From positions 64,001-128,000 of the forward strand of contig CAVUWD010000010.1 in assembly GCA_963745025.1 (NCBI GenBank): 64,000 nucleotides of DNA, written 5' to 3'. Shown piece by piece: positions 40,565 to 49,893 of this stretch. The translations under genes and the position numbers were made by a program. The notes under the pieces are model-generated. The model ran no database searches and was not told the DNA's origin. It was given only the letters and a program-made list of their open reading frames with translations. This stretch comes from an uncultured delta proteobacterium. Lineage in GTDB: Bacteria; Desulfobacterota; Binatia; JACPRU01. Position 1 is the first letter of the stretch, and every line of letters begins with the position of its first letter.

Positions 40565-42354
40565 GGCGTGTTCTCCGCGGCCGGCAGCTCGACGCGAAAC
40601 ACACTGCCCGCGCCCACTACGCTCTCGACCGACAACTTGCCCTTGTGCTCTTGGATTACGCGTCGCACGACGGTCAGTCCGAGGCCGATTCCCCCTTCCC
40701 GCCTCGTGAAGAACGGCAGAAAGATCCTCTGGCGGATGTCTTCGGGGATTCCCGGGCCGTTGTCGCGAACCTCGAATCCCACGAAGCCCCCGCTCTCTGG
40801 TAGCACGACGACGGTCACCTCGCCTCCGGTCGGCACCACTTGCACCGCGTTGACGATCAGATTCAGCGCGACCTGATACATTTGGCCCTCGTCGCAGAGG
40901 GCAAGCGCGCCTTCGCCGCCGACCCGGCGGATCATCACGCCCTTGGCGCGAGCCTGGGGCTCGGCGAAGTCGGCGGCTCGGAACACGACGTTGCGCAGCG
41001 GAGTCCGATCGACCATCAGTTCGCGCGGCCTGCCGAGATTGAGGAGCTGCGTGACGACGTGGTCGAGATGTTCGATCTCGTCGAGCATGATCTGGATCAG
41101 CTCCGCGGCCTCGGCGTCCCTCGCGCCGAGCGACGGTTGAAGGATCTGCGCCGAGCTGCGCAGCACCCCGAGCGTGGTTCGCACCTGGTGCGCGATGCCG
41201 GCCGCGAGCTCGCCGACGAACGCGAACTTGGCGGCCTCGAGCACATCGCTCTGCGCGCGCCGCAGGTCGACCGACATCTGATTGAAGGCAGCCGTGAGCT
41301 GACCGACCTCGTCGCGCGAGCGCGTGGCGATCGGCACCGCGAGTGGCTCGCCGCTCGAGATCTCTCGTGTGGCCAGCGTCAGCTCGCGCAGCGGACGGGC
41401 CACGCGATTGGCGAGCACGATCGCCAGACCGAGCGCCAACGCGAGCCCCGCGGCGAGACCGATTCCCAGCCGAACGGTCATCGCGCGCACGGGTTGGAGC
41501 GCTCTCGAGAGCGGCTGCACGACGAGGATCGTCCAGGCCGGGGTGGCGCCGGGCATGCGCGAGTAGCCGACGAGCGCGCGCGCCGCTCGTTCGACGGCGA
41601 ATCCGGACGAAGCGCCGCCACGCGTGTCATCGATCGTGGTCCATCCGGCGGCGCGCAGATCCCTGCCGATCGGCGCGCGCGTGCCTGGCTCGACGGCTCC
41701 GCCGATCACCACCCCGGATCCGTCCGTGATCACGACGTCGGCTTCGAGGCTCATCTCGTGCAGGCCCTGACGAATCTGCCCGAGCGCGCTCGTCTGGTGC
41801 GCCCAGTCGTAGAGCGCAGTCAACCGCCCGAAGGAGGCGCCGCTGCGATCGGGGTCCGGAATCGGTACGCCGAGCTCGAGCCCGCTTTTATCCCCCGGCC
41901 GCAGCGGGCCACGCAGCGATTCCCCCAGCGGCGCGGTGTTTGCTCCTCCGACCGGAGGATCCGTCCGGCCGATGCTCGATGGGTCGCTGGCGGCGACGAT
42001 CCGTCCCGCCGAATCCGTTACGTGGAGCTCCACGATGGACTCGTCGCCCCGCTTTACCTCAGCCAAGAATGCCGAAATCCGCTTGTCGAGATCGCCGATG
42101 CGAATCTCTCTCATCAAGTCTTGGTGGGCGATGGTGCGCAAGTCGCCGAGCTCCGTGTTGAGAGTCGCCGCCAGAGAGTCGGCGCCGCCACGCGCTTCTT
42201 CGGCGAGCTGGCGGCCGATCGTCTCCGTCAATGCGCGACGCCCGTTCGAGATCGCGATCCAGCCGAAGACTCCCCCGGGGACCACGACGATCAACAGCGC
42301 GAACGCGAGCAGCTTGGTGCGAAGTGACGGAAACGCTAACGTTTGCCAGGTCAG
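40561..42354 (-). CDS. membrane sensor histidine kinase (periplasmic sensor, HAMP, HisKA, HATPase)
   Basis: H-box AGIAHQVRT, NLIVNAVQ, DNGPGI, GIGLGL. Start proposed at CTG 42354 behind GGAGGA; the track start is TTG 42294. Confidence 0.92.
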   Translation of the reverse strand: MTWQTLAFPSLRTKLLAFALLIVVVPGGVFGWIAISNGRRALTETIGRQLAEEARGGADSLAATLNTELGDLRTIAHQDLMREIRIGDLDKRISAFLAEVKRGDESIVELHVTDSAGRIVAASDPSSIGRTDPPVGGANTAPLGESLRGPLRPGDKSGLELGVPIPDPDRSGASFGRLTALYDWAHQTSALGQIRQGLHEMSLEADVVITDGSGVVIGGAVEPGTRAPIGRDLRAAGWTTIDDTRGGASSGFAVERAARALVGYSRMPGATPAWTILVVQPLSRALQPVRAMTVRLGIGLAAGLALALGLAIVLANRVARPLRELTLATREISSGEPLAVPIATRSRDEVGQLTAAFNQMSVDLRRAQSDVLEAAKFAFVGELAAGIAHQVRTTLGVLRSSAQILQPSLGARDAEAAELIQIMLDEIEHLDHVVTQLLNLGRPRELMVDRTPLRNVVFRAADFAEPQARAKGVMIRRVGGEGALALCDEGQMYQVALNLIVNAVQVVPTGGEVTVVVLPESGGFVGFEVRDNGPGIPEDIRQRIFLPFFTRREGGIGLGLTVVRRVIQEHKGKLSVESVVGAGSVFRVELPAAENTP

Positions 42355-42418
42355 TGCGCTTCCTCCGAGTTCGCGTCAGCGTTTCATGACGGCGTCCGAT
42401 TTCCAATTCTCCGAGCGG

Positions 42419-43522
42419 ATGTCGTGCCGCCTCGACCGGCCGACGGCTGGTCTCCGTGTCGCGTGGATTGCCGCCCTGCTTCTGCTGCTCGCGCCGGCGG
42501 CGTTCGCGCAAGACGCTCGCGCGCCGGAGCTCCCGCAGCCGGAACAGAGACCGGTGCTGGTCAGCCCGACTGCGATTGGCGACCTCGAGTATCGTCCGGG
42601 TCGCGGGCTCAGGATCGGCGACACCGGGTTCACGATCGGTGGCTACTCCACGCTCGCCGTCTCGCGACTCGAAGGTGAGCACTGGCGATTCGGCTTCGAC
42701 GACCTGGATCTCTTCGTCTTTTACGATCCGACGCCGTATCTCCACCTGTTTTCGGACACCGGGTTCCAGCACATCTTCGATCTCGACGACACCGGCGGGG
42801 GCGGCACTTCGCAGGCCGAGGCGTCGATCGAGCGACTGTACGGCGACCTGAATCTCAGTGATCGCGCCAACTTCCGGGTCGGGAAGTTCTTGACCCCGGT
42901 CGGACGGTGGAACCAGGTCCCCGCTGAGCCGCTGGTCTGGACGACCTCTCGTCCGTTGGTGACGAGCCGCCCGTTCGACGAGCACGTTGCCGGCGCGGCC
43001 TTCTGGGGAAGCGCGTTCCCCGCCGACGGATCGCTCTCATACAAGGTCTACGGGCAGTTCTTCGATCAGTTGACGTCGGACACGTCGACATCGCCTTCGG
43101 ACGAGAGCGTCGGCGCCCGCCTCGATTTCTCCTCGCTCGGCGGTTGGTCGCTCGGCAGCTCGTACTTCGCCTTCACGCGCAACGGGAAGTGGAATCAGCT
43201 CGGGGGCGTCGACGGGCTCTGGCAGTGGGACCGATGGGAGGCGAGCGGGGAGCTCCTGGCGGGTCACGGTGATCCCGATGGCCACCGAATCTTCGGGATA
43301 TACCTCCAGGGCGTCGTCGAATTGCTCGCCGGCATCCACGCGATCGCTCGCTACGAGTATTACGAGCCTGGTGCCAACCACGCGGCGATCGACCTCTACG
43401 ATACCGGCCTCGCCTGGCGTCCTCTCTCGTTCCTGATCCTCAAGGCCGACTACCTGTTCGCGAACCACTCCTCGGAGTTCGCCTCTCCGGGTCTGCAGGG
43501 ATCCTTTGCGCTTCTCTTCTGA
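42419..43522 (+). CDS. outer-membrane beta-barrel/porin-like protein
   Basis: Signal peptide ending AFA, alternating aromatic strands, RVGKFLTPVGRWN, C-terminal Phe. Confidence 0.75.
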   Translation: MSCRLDRPTAGLRVAWIAALLLLLAPAAFAQDARAPELPQPEQRPVLVSPTAIGDLEYRPGRGLRIGDTGFTIGGYSTLAVSRLEGEHWRFGFDDLDLFVFYDPTPYLHLFSDTGFQHIFDLDDTGGGGTSQAEASIERLYGDLNLSDRANFRVGKFLTPVGRWNQVPAEPLVWTTSRPLVTSRPFDEHVAGAAFWGSAFPADGSLSYKVYGQFFDQLTSDTSTSPSDESVGARLDFSSLGGWSLGSSYFAFTRNGKWNQLGGVDGLWQWDRWEASGELLAGHGDPDGHRIFGIYLQGVVELLAGIHAIARYEYYEPGANHAAIDLYDTGLAWRPLSFLILKADYLFANHSSEFASPGLQGSFALLF

Positions 43523-43952
43523 CATACTGCGCCGCGCCGCGCCGCTGCTGGCCTTGGCGTTGTCGCTGGTCGCAACCAGCGCGCGACCCGTGGACGTCGC
43601 GATCGCCGTGATCGTTCACCCGAGCCGCGATCGGTCTCTACCCGTGGACGACGTTGCGCGAATCTTCCTGAAGAAGCAGCGCTTCTGGAACGACGGGGCG
43701 CCGATCGTCCCGCTCAACCGCGAAGCAGGAAGCGCGATTCGAGAGATCTTCTCGCGACGGGTCTTCGGCATGTCGAGCGCCGCGCTGGCGGCCTATTGGA
43801 ACGACCAGTACTTTCTCGGCACGTTTCCCCCCGTGATCTTGTCTTCCACGGAAGCCGTGAAGCGTTATGTCGCGTCGGATCCAAACGCCATCGGCTATGT
43901 CGACGCCGGCTACGTCGACTCGACTGTCCGCCTCGTTCTCGAGCTGTCGTGA
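43506..43952 (+). CDS. short periplasmic PstS/PBP2-like protein
   Basis: Signal peptide, AVIVHP, IFLKKQRFW.DG, V..DPNAIGYV; overlaps the porin stop codon. Confidence 0.8.
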   Translation: MRFSSDILRRAAPLLALALSLVATSARPVDVAIAVIVHPSRDRSLPVDDVARIFLKKQRFWNDGAPIVPLNREAGSAIREIFSRRVFGMSSAALAAYWNDQYFLGTFPPVILSSTEAVKRYVASDPNAIGYVDAGYVDSTVRLVLELS

Positions 43953-43983
43953 AGGGCAACGTCCACCTCGCGACCTGGAAGAC

Positions 43984-43999
43984 CGGCCCGTGTCTTGCA
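43984..43999 (+). promoter_or_regulatory. possible sigma54 promoter for the PAP2 gene
   Basis: CGGCCCG-TGTC-TTGCA with correct GG/GC spacing, 27 nt before the ATG. Confidence 0.45.
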
Positions 44000-44026
44000 A
44001 TACGCGATGGCGGAGGCTCGGAACCA

Positions 44027-44896
44027 ATGGCACGCCAACGACCGGGAGGCGCTTCGCCGCTGCTCGCCGTGGCTCTGGCGATGGCGGTCGCCTCGGCGGC
44101 CTGGGCAGCGCCCGCGGGAGCGAATGAAGTCGCTCGCGACGCCGAGTACCTGATCGACAATACGCAGCTCGATCTCGTAGACATCGTGACCTCTCCCCTG
44201 CACGCCGCGGACGAGGATAGCGTCCTCCGATCGCCGACCTTTTACCTCGTGTTCGCGGGCATCGCCGGCGTGTGGGCGGGCTCGTTCGCCCTCGACCAGA
44301 CCATCCGCAGCCATCTCCACAACATGTCGCCGAGCACCGCCGATCTGCTGCAGCGCGTGAGCTACGGGTCGGTGGGGGCGGCCGCGGCCTCGCTCTACCT
44401 CTATGGATACTCGATCGACGACTCCCGCGCCCGCGACGACGCGATCACAGGCGCCGAAGGCGCCGGCGTGGCATCGCTCGTGAATTTGGGATTCAAGTAC
44501 GGTTTCGGTCGGCTGCGACCCCGTCAAGACGGTCACGACCACACCGCATTCTTTCGCGGCGGCGAGTCTCTTTTTTCGGGCGAGGTGACGCCGATGTTCA
44601 GCTTGGCGGCCGCCGTCAGCGAGCATTTCGAGAACCGATGGTACGTCGCGGCGCCGATCTACTCGCTCGCCCTCGTCGACGGCTTCGGCCGGATCGGCCA
44701 CGACGCCCACTGGTTTTCCGACGTCGTGGGCGCCGCATTTCTCGGCGCCGGAACCACCGAGCTCTTCCTCTACCTGCACCGCCAGCACGAGCAGCAGCCG
44801 GGGCGGTGGCGCTTTTTCCCGGACACCGTTTCGCCGGCGGCAACCCCCGACGGACAAGTCAAGGTGAGCGGCCTGGCGGCGACGTGGATCTGGTGA
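44027..44896 (+). CDS. PAP2-family membrane phosphatase-like protein
   Basis: K..FGRLRP (C1), SLFSGE (variant C2 lacking the usual PSGH His), RIGHDAHWFSDV (C3). Confidence 0.85.
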   Translation: MARQRPGGASPLLAVALAMAVASAAWAAPAGANEVARDAEYLIDNTQLDLVDIVTSPLHAADEDSVLRSPTFYLVFAGIAGVWAGSFALDQTIRSHLHNMSPSTADLLQRVSYGSVGAAAASLYLYGYSIDDSRARDDAITGAEGAGVASLVNLGFKYGFGRLRPRQDGHDHTAFFRGGESLFSGEVTPMFSLAAAVSEHFENRWYVAAPIYSLALVDGFGRIGHDAHWFSDVVGAAFLGAGTTELFLYLHRQHEQQPGRWRFFPDTVSPAATPDGQVKVSGLAATWIW

Positions 44897-45194
44897 AGGA
44901 CGGCTTGCAACCGGCGAGCCGAAGGAGCCGACCGTTCGGTCTGGACGGGGGATTCGGGTTCAAAATGGTGTTGGAGGACTTGGGTCGCGGGATTGCGTTT
45001 GCGAAGCGCGCTGCCCTGAGCCTGCGGCAAAGCTTCCGGGTCAGCCGACCACGGGGCCCGCGGCCGGCCCGCGATGCTTGCCTTCAGGGCCGCTGTTGAT
45101 CACCCGGCTGGGTCGAAGGTCGCCGGCTTGGCCGGCTCCCCGCGGGGACTTTCTCCGGGTAGGCGCGGACATGTTCGACGGCGAACATGATAGA

Positions 45195-45208
45195 CAACAA
45201 CGTTGTTG
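45195..45208. promoter_or_regulatory. perfect 14-bp palindrome, probable TetR operator overlapping the promoter
   Basis: CAACAACGTTGTTG next to TTGACT and an extended -10-like TG-A-TACGGT immediately before the TetR ATG. Confidence 0.6.
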
Positions 45209-45241
45209 ACTTGACTAGACGCAAGGTGTGATACGGTAGCC

Positions 45242-45883
45242 ATGCAGGCAAGCGTACGCGCCGTACCAAACCGCCGCGAACCGGGTACGACCTACCTAGC
45301 GATCCTGGACGCGGCGGAAGCGCTGATGGCGGAGCGAGGACCCGGGGGTCTCAGCGTTTCCGAGGTGGCTCACCGCGCCGGCGTCAACCGCACCACCGCC
45401 TATCAACACTTCCGCACACGCGGGCAGGTGATCGCCGCCGTCACGGCCCGGCTGTCGAGCGAGGTGAAGCGCATCCTCGAAGCCGAGATGTCGCTCGGCG
45501 AGCGGATCGATCACATCGTGAAGCTACACCTCGAGCGTCCGGAGATCGCACGCCTGTGGCTCTTCCATATGCTTTCCGACATCCCGCTGCCGCAAGACGA
45601 GACCTGGGAGCGCTTCTTGAACGGCCTGCGGCTGCTGGCCGCGAGCGAGCGCACCCAGCCGGGGATCGACGCAGAGATGCTCGGCCGCGTCTTGGTCGGC
45701 GCCACGCTGGTGTGGTCGCTGCTTGCGCGGCGCGGACCCAAGGGCGTCGCCGGTGCGAGCGAGCAGACCGAGAGGTTTACCCGCGAGCTCAAGCGCCTGC
45801 TCGCCTTCGGGGTCCTCAAGCCCGCGGAGTGGCCGGAGATCGTCGCCTCGATCGCTCCCCCAGCCGAGGAGAACGAATCATGA
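45242..45883 (+). CDS. TetR/AcrR family transcriptional regulator
   Basis: ILDAAEALMAERG...SVSEVAHRAGVNRTTAYQHF HTH. Confidence 0.93.
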   Translation: MQASVRAVPNRREPGTTYLAILDAAEALMAERGPGGLSVSEVAHRAGVNRTTAYQHFRTRGQVIAAVTARLSSEVKRILEAEMSLGERIDHIVKLHLERPEIARLWLFHMLSDIPLPQDETWERFLNGLRLLAASERTQPGIDAEMLGRVLVGATLVWSLLARRGPKGVAGASEQTERFTRELKRLLAFGVLKPAEWPEIVASIAPPAEENES

Positions 45884-46066
45884 CCGCGAAGCTCCGCTAC
45901 AGCCGCGAGGAGCTCTCGGCCGACCCCGCCTATTCGCGGCGCATCGAAGCGGTCGTCGACGCGATCTGCGAGAAGATCATCCGCACGCAGACCGGGGGGG
46001 GCGGCGCGACCCGACGGAGAGACGATCATCGCCGAGTTCGAGCGGCTCGGGCCCGTTCCGAGTTGA
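45880..46066 (+). pseudogene. probable internally deleted gene remnant between TetR and the LLM gene
   Basis: ATGA overlap with the TetR stop and a GAGGAG RBS. Protein-like N-terminus (MTAKLRYSREELSADPAY) and, after a shift near a G8 run, a protein-like end (ETIIAEFERLGPVPS*). Confidence 0.35.
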
Positions 46067-46115
46067 TCCTACTTCTCCCCGTCGGGGAGAGGGCAAACCG
46101 AGGGGGGACGCAGAG

Positions 46116-47351
46116 ATGAAATTCGGCATTTTCTACGAGCATCAGCTGCCGCGCCCGTGGCAAGACGGGGACGAGCTCAGACTCTTTCAGGAGGCTCTCG
46201 ACCAGGTCGAGCTCGCCGACCGGCTCGGCATTGACTTCGCCTGGGAGGTCGAGCACCACTTCCTCGAGGAGTACTCCCACTCGTCGGCCCCGGAAGTATT
46301 TCTCGCTGCCTGCTCCCAGCGCACGCAGCGCATCCGCCTCGGACACGGCATCTTCCTGATGCCGCCGGCTTACAACCATCCGGCCAAAGTCGCCGAGAAG
46401 ATCGCCACGCTCGATCTCGTCTCGAAGGGCCGAGTCGAGTTCGGCACCGGCGAATCCGCCTCGCGCGCCGAGCTCGAGGGCTTCGGCGTGCCCTACGCCG
46501 AGAAGCGCGCGATGTGGCTGGAGGCAACCGAGCAGGTCGCCAACATGATGGTGCTGGATCCCTACCCCGGCTTCCAGGGCAAGCACTTCTCGATGCCGTG
46601 CCGCAACGTGCTACCGAAACCGGTGCAGAAGCCGCATCCGCCCATGTGGGTGGCGTGCTCGAACCGCGAGATGATCCACACGGCCGCGCGGCACGGTCTG
46701 GGCGCGCTCACCTTCGCGTTCGTGGACCCGTCGGAGGCCAAGCACTGGGTCGACGACTACTACACGACGCTCAAGAACGAGTGCGTGCCGATCGGCCACG
46801 CGATCAACCCCAATATCGCCATGGTGACCGGCTTCTCCTGTCACGAGACCGAGGAGGAAGCGCGCCGTCGCGGGCTCGACGGCTTTCAGTTCTTCGGCTT
46901 CGCGCTCGGCCACCACTACATCTTCGGTACGCACAAGCCCGGCCGCACCGACATCTGGCGGATGTACGAGGCGGCGCGCGGCAAGATGCCCGACATCGGC
47001 GGTCGGGGCATCGGTACGCCGGACCAGCTGCGCGCTCACCTCCAGGCGTTCTCCGACGTGGGTGTCGACCAGGTCGTGTTCATCCAGCAGGGCGGCAAGA
47101 ACCGCCACGAGCACATCTGCGAGTCGCTCGAGCTCTTCGCCGCCCGCGTGATGCCGGAGTTCAAGGCGAACGAGGACGAGCGCCAGCGCCGGAAGATGGA
47201 GGAGCTTGCGCCGCACCTCGAAGCGGCCATGAAACGGAAGCGGTGGATGAAACCGCTCGCTGACGAGCAGATCGAAGAGTTCCGCGCCTACGGTCGGGGG
47301 ATCAGCGAGGCGCCGCGCCGGGGCGCGGTGCCGATCCTGACGACTCCCTGA
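46116..47351 (+). CDS. LLM-class (luciferase-like) flavin-dependent oxidoreductase
   Basis: MKFGIF, WEVEHHF, RIRLGHG, AEKIATLDLVSKGRVEFGTG, PKPVQKPHPP. Confidence 0.93.
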   Translation: MKFGIFYEHQLPRPWQDGDELRLFQEALDQVELADRLGIDFAWEVEHHFLEEYSHSSAPEVFLAACSQRTQRIRLGHGIFLMPPAYNHPAKVAEKIATLDLVSKGRVEFGTGESASRAELEGFGVPYAEKRAMWLEATEQVANMMVLDPYPGFQGKHFSMPCRNVLPKPVQKPHPPMWVACSNREMIHTAARHGLGALTFAFVDPSEAKHWVDDYYTTLKNECVPIGHAINPNIAMVTGFSCHETEEEARRRGLDGFQFFGFALGHHYIFGTHKPGRTDIWRMYEAARGKMPDIGGRGIGTPDQLRAHLQAFSDVGVDQVVFIQQGGKNRHEHICESLELFAARVMPEFKANEDERQRRKMEELAPHLEAAMKRKRWMKPLADEQIEEFRAYGRGISEAPRRGAVPILTTP

Positions 47352-47549
47352 CGCCGCTCAGGAAGGCCTCAGTCTCCGCACGATCGCTTCGACATGAAGG
47401 AGAACGCGGCTGGTTTGCAGTCGATCCGTACGCCGCTGGTCTATTGCTTTCCGCGCTTCGCGCGGTGGCTGGCATTTCCTGTCGGGCCGAGTACTTCCCG
47501 ACAGGAAACGCCAGCGCTTCTCGGAATTCGCAACGCCGCTGCCGTCGCG

Positions 47550-48014
47550 CTACTGCGACCAGATCTTCCCGCCGCCCTTTATCAGATCGGCGAGCGAGGT
47601 GACCTCGATCCGCCACGGGATGAGCTTCAACACCCCAAAGTTCGGATCCTGCCGACCCCCGGGCCAAAAGGCGATCGGGTCGTAGCCGACGGGTTGTGGC
47701 GTTCTCGCAAATAGATCCCAAATCTCCGACTTGACCTCGGCGCGGTCCTCCCACTCGGCACGGCACTCCGCGTAGACCTGCTCGAGGCTCGCGTTGGCGT
47801 AGCAGAGCGACACGTAGGGATTCTTCGCGAGGTGCTTCTCCTTCAGGGAGTGGCGGCTCGAGAGGATCCATCCCGTCGAGCCTTGCCAAATCGGATGCAA
47901 GATCCGCGAGCGCGGACGGCCCTGTCGGTCGACCGTCGCGACGCTGCACCAGACGATCTCGCGCACGCGCTGCGTGAAGTCCGGTTCGATGTCGGCGAAC
48001 GAGTCGACTCTCAC
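47550..48014 (-). CDS. pyridoxamine 5'-phosphate oxidase-like (split-barrel) protein
   Basis: VATVDRQGRPRSRILHP, K..HLAKNPYVSL. Confidence 0.85.
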   Translation of the reverse strand: MRVDSFADIEPDFTQRVREIVWCSVATVDRQGRPRSRILHPIWQGSTGWILSSRHSLKEKHLAKNPYVSLCYANASLEQVYAECRAEWEDRAEVKSEIWDLFARTPQPVGYDPIAFWPGGRQDPNFGVLKLIPWRIEVTSLADLIKGGGKIWSQ

Positions 48015-48910
48015 GGCGCACCTCCCGGTCGATCCGTCGAAGAACGGACTGTCGGAACGCGCGAGTCATTCCAGGTTTTCACGGCGGTGGCAACGAGAAT
48101 CGCGGCTCCGCCGACGAGCGACCACGGCCCGGGCCGCTCGCCGTGCACGAGCCAGGCCCAGAGGGGATTCAGTACCGGCTCGAGGAGCAGCAGCAACGAG
48201 GCCTCGAGCGCAGGCACCGCGCGCAGCCCGCGCGTCAGGAAATAGTACGCGCCGGCGATCTGGAAGACGCCCAGGTAGAGAATGATCGCCAGGTCGAGTC
48301 GCGACACATCGACGAGGGGGAGCGCCGCCGGCAGGCAGGCGAGAAACGCGATCAGGTTGCCGCAGGCGACGGCGGTCGCCACCGGCGCGCCGCCGCTTCC
48401 CGGGCGCGCCATCCAGCGGAGCCCGAGCGCGGTCGATGCCCAGAAGAGTCCGGAAAGGAGCGCGAGCGCGTTGCCGAGCGTCGGGCGCGGTGCGCTCGGC
48501 GACTGCGCCGGCGCGTCGACGAAGAAGAGCGCGAGGCTCGCGCCCACCACGGCAAGGAACACGACGTCGCGTGGCCGCACGGGCTCGTCGAGCAGCAGGG
48601 GCCCGGCGAGAACGAGGTAGAGGGGCGCGGTGTACTGAAGGAAGATCGTGTTCGCTGCGGTGGTGAGCTTGTTGGCGATGACGAAGAGAACCATCGTCGC
48701 GGCGTAGGCGAAGCCGACGGCGAGCGTGCGAGCGCTCCAGCCGCCGCGGCTCGCGGGGAGAATGACGAGTACCACGACGCAGGCGACGGCCGAGCGAAAG
48801 CTCGCCACCTGCCAGCCCGTGAGCGTCGCGGCCTTGATCGCCGCGCCGCCGGTGGAGAAGAGAAACGCCGCCGCCAGCACCTCGAGCCGGGCCACGAGCT
48901 CATTTGGCAC
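48011..48910 (-). CDS. EamA/DMT family transporter
   Basis: About 10 TM segments; ANTIFLQYTAP and LLEPVLNPLWAW..GE.P. Confidence 0.92.
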   Translation of the reverse strand: MPNELVARLEVLAAAFLFSTGGAAIKAATLTGWQVASFRSAVACVVVLVILPASRGGWSARTLAVGFAYAATMVLFVIANKLTTAANTIFLQYTAPLYLVLAGPLLLDEPVRPRDVVFLAVVGASLALFFVDAPAQSPSAPRPTLGNALALLSGLFWASTALGLRWMARPGSGGAPVATAVACGNLIAFLACLPAALPLVDVSRLDLAIILYLGVFQIAGAYYFLTRGLRAVPALEASLLLLLEPVLNPLWAWLVHGERPGPWSLVGGAAILVATAVKTWNDSRVPTVRSSTDRPGGAP

Positions 48911-49799
48911 GGAGCGCTTCCATCTCTTCGAGCGTCCGCGGCCAGTCCTCTTTCATGAGTCGGGAGAGCGATCGGTCGGCGAGGAGCTTTCCGCCGGTCT
49001 GGCACCGGGCGCAGTAGTTGGTCTCGTTTTCCGCGTAGGCGATCCGCTGCACCGGGGCGCCGCAGTCGGGGCAGGGCAGGCGGTAGCGGCCGTGGACCGC
49101 CATGCCGTCGCGGAAGGCGGTCACGTTCTCCGGGAAGCGATCGCCCGCCTCGCGGCGAAGCCGCTCCGTCCAGTGGCGGAGTGTTTCCTTCGTGGCCGCG
49201 AAGAGCCGCTCGATCTCTTTCGCATCGAGCTGGCGGGTGAGCTTCACGGGGGAGAGCCGCGCGCGATGCAGGATCTCGTCCGAGTATGCGTTGCCGATGC
49301 CGCTGAAGAGGCGGGGGTCGGTGAGCGCCCGCTTGAGGGTGTGGCTCTCGTGGACGAGCGTCTCGCGAAAGTGGCCGAGGTCGGTCTCGAGCACTTCGAG
49401 ACCGCCGGGGTCGTGGGCGTCCAGAGCCGCCTCGCCGCGGACGAGGTGCAGCGAGGCGCGCTTCTTCGAGCTGGCCTCGGTCGCGAGCAGCGTCCCGTTC
49501 GAAAAATCGAAGGCCGCGAGTCCGAGCTTCCCGGGAGGCTTCGCTCCGCGCGGGCGCCAGCGAAGCCTCCCGGCGATCATCAGGTGAAAGACGAGAAAGA
49601 GCTCGGCCTCGAGCGCGAGGACGATGCGTTTGCCGAGGCGCCGGAGCCCGATCACCCGCTTGCCCTCGGCTTCGCGAATCGGCGGATCGACCGAGCGCAG
49701 GAAGAAGGGGCTCGCGAGCCGGATCCGCTCGAGCCGCTGCTCGACAATCCGCGGCCGCAGCTGCTCGAGGTAGATCGTGATGTCCGGGTACTCGGGCAA
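48900..49799 (-). CDS. Fpg/Nei-family DNA glycosylase
   Basis: N-terminal (M)PEYPD from a TTG start, RLGKR, HLMIAG, H2TH SGIGNAYSDEIL, zinc finger CPDC...CARC. Confidence 0.92.
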   Translation of the reverse strand: MPEYPDITIYLEQLRPRIVEQRLERIRLASPFFLRSVDPPIREAEGKRVIGLRRLGKRIVLALEAELFLVFHLMIAGRLRWRPRGAKPPGKLGLAAFDFSNGTLLATEASSKKRASLHLVRGEAALDAHDPGGLEVLETDLGHFRETLVHESHTLKRALTDPRLFSGIGNAYSDEILHRARLSPVKLTRQLDAKEIERLFAATKETLRHWTERLRREAGDRFPENVTAFRDGMAVHGRYRLPCPDCGAPVQRIAYAENETNYCARCQTGGKLLADRSLSRLMKEDWPRTLEEMEALRAK

Positions 49800-49893
49800 G
49801 AAGCCGCGTTCCTTCCGCGCCTGTAGCCTGTTATGTTGCGGAGGCGATGGCGTTCCGCAACCGTTGCCCGGCGATCGAATACAGGAGGTTATC

